From Isurus oxyrinchus (lineage: Eukaryota): a DNA stretch of 64,000 nucleotides. The notes beneath the pieces are model-generated. The model saw only the letters and a list, made by a program, of their open reading frames with translations, searched no databases and was not told the origin of the DNA. Of the stretch, positions 63,310 to 64,000 are shown one piece after another; the stretch's first letter is position 1; each line of letters starts with the position of its first letter. The translations under genes and the position numbers were made by a program. Location: assembly GCA_026770705.1 (NCBI GenBank), contig JANJGN010000036.1, forward strand, positions 2,480,001 through 2,544,000, written 5' to 3'.

Positions 63310-64000
63310 GTCTAACCTCAGCGGTGGGGAAACTATTGGAAGCAAACCTGAGGGACAGAATTGATCTACACTTGGAGAGGCAGGGGTTAATTAAACACAG
63401 GCAGCATGGTTGTATGAAGGGGAGGTCATGTCTGACCAATTTGATTGAAGTTTTCGAGGAGGTGACCAGGTTTGTAGATGCGGGAAATCTATCTGATGTA
63501 GTACACTTGGACTTCAGCAATGCTTTTGATAAATTGGATCCACAATTGACTGAGTGGCAGGAAGCAGTGTGTGATGGTCGAATGGTTTTTTAGTGACTGG
63601 ATGCCTGTGTCAAGTGGGATTCCACAGGGATCGGTATTGGGTTCTTTGCTATTTGTAAACGGTTCAGACTTGAATGTAGGTGGGTTGATCAGTAAGTTCG
63701 CAGATGGCACGAAAATTGGTCAGGTGGTAAACAGTGAGGAGGATAGCCACAGGTTGCAGGAGGATACAGACGGGCTGGTCAGATGGGCTGATCAGTGGAA
63801 AATGGCATTTAATCCAAATAAGTGTGAGATGATGCATTGGGGCTGGACAAGCAAGACAAGGGACTACACGATGAATGGTAGGGCCCCGGGAATAAGGAGG
63901 AGCAGAGGTGCCTTGGTGTGCATGTTCTCCTGTCCATTAATGAAGCGTATCATGTAGGTAAGGTGGTTATGAAGGCATATTGGATATTTGCCTTTGTTAT
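63310..64000 (+). mobile_element. CR1 LINE ORF2 reverse transcriptase fragment
   Basis: QHGCMKGRSCLTNLIEVFEEVT..VVHLDFSNAFDK; SGIPQGSVLGSLLF; ISKFADGTKIG; WADQWKMAFNPNKCEMMH. Confidence 0.88.

Overview
Eukaryotic (vertebrate) genomic DNA, rich in introns and retroelements. The CR1 and Penelope-like repeat content suggests a cartilaginous fish; this is an inference. The window holds a tandemly duplicated cluster of germline-joined (non-rearranging) antigen-receptor-like Ig-superfamily genes with the layout leader / V(J) / C1 / Cys-stalk+TM / multi-exon cytoplasmic tail. There are two subfamilies in head-to-head orientation. Type A lies on the minus strand: A1 is intact as far as visible, and A2, A3 and A4 are pseudogenes or fragments. 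Type B lies on the plus strand: B2 is intact (303 aa, FGNG J motif, C-terminal TLYARL ITIM/ITSM-like motif), and B1 and B3 are remnants. Both types have a membrane-proximal Cys. The dead A copies carry a transmembrane Arg (NVVRM in A2 and A4, resembling FcR-gamma-coupled receptors) that the intact A1 lacks. The rest of the window is segmental duplications, CR1 and Penelope retroelements, micro- and minisatellites, and two assembly gaps. All gene models were built by hand from splice signals and reading-frame phase; none has transcript support here.
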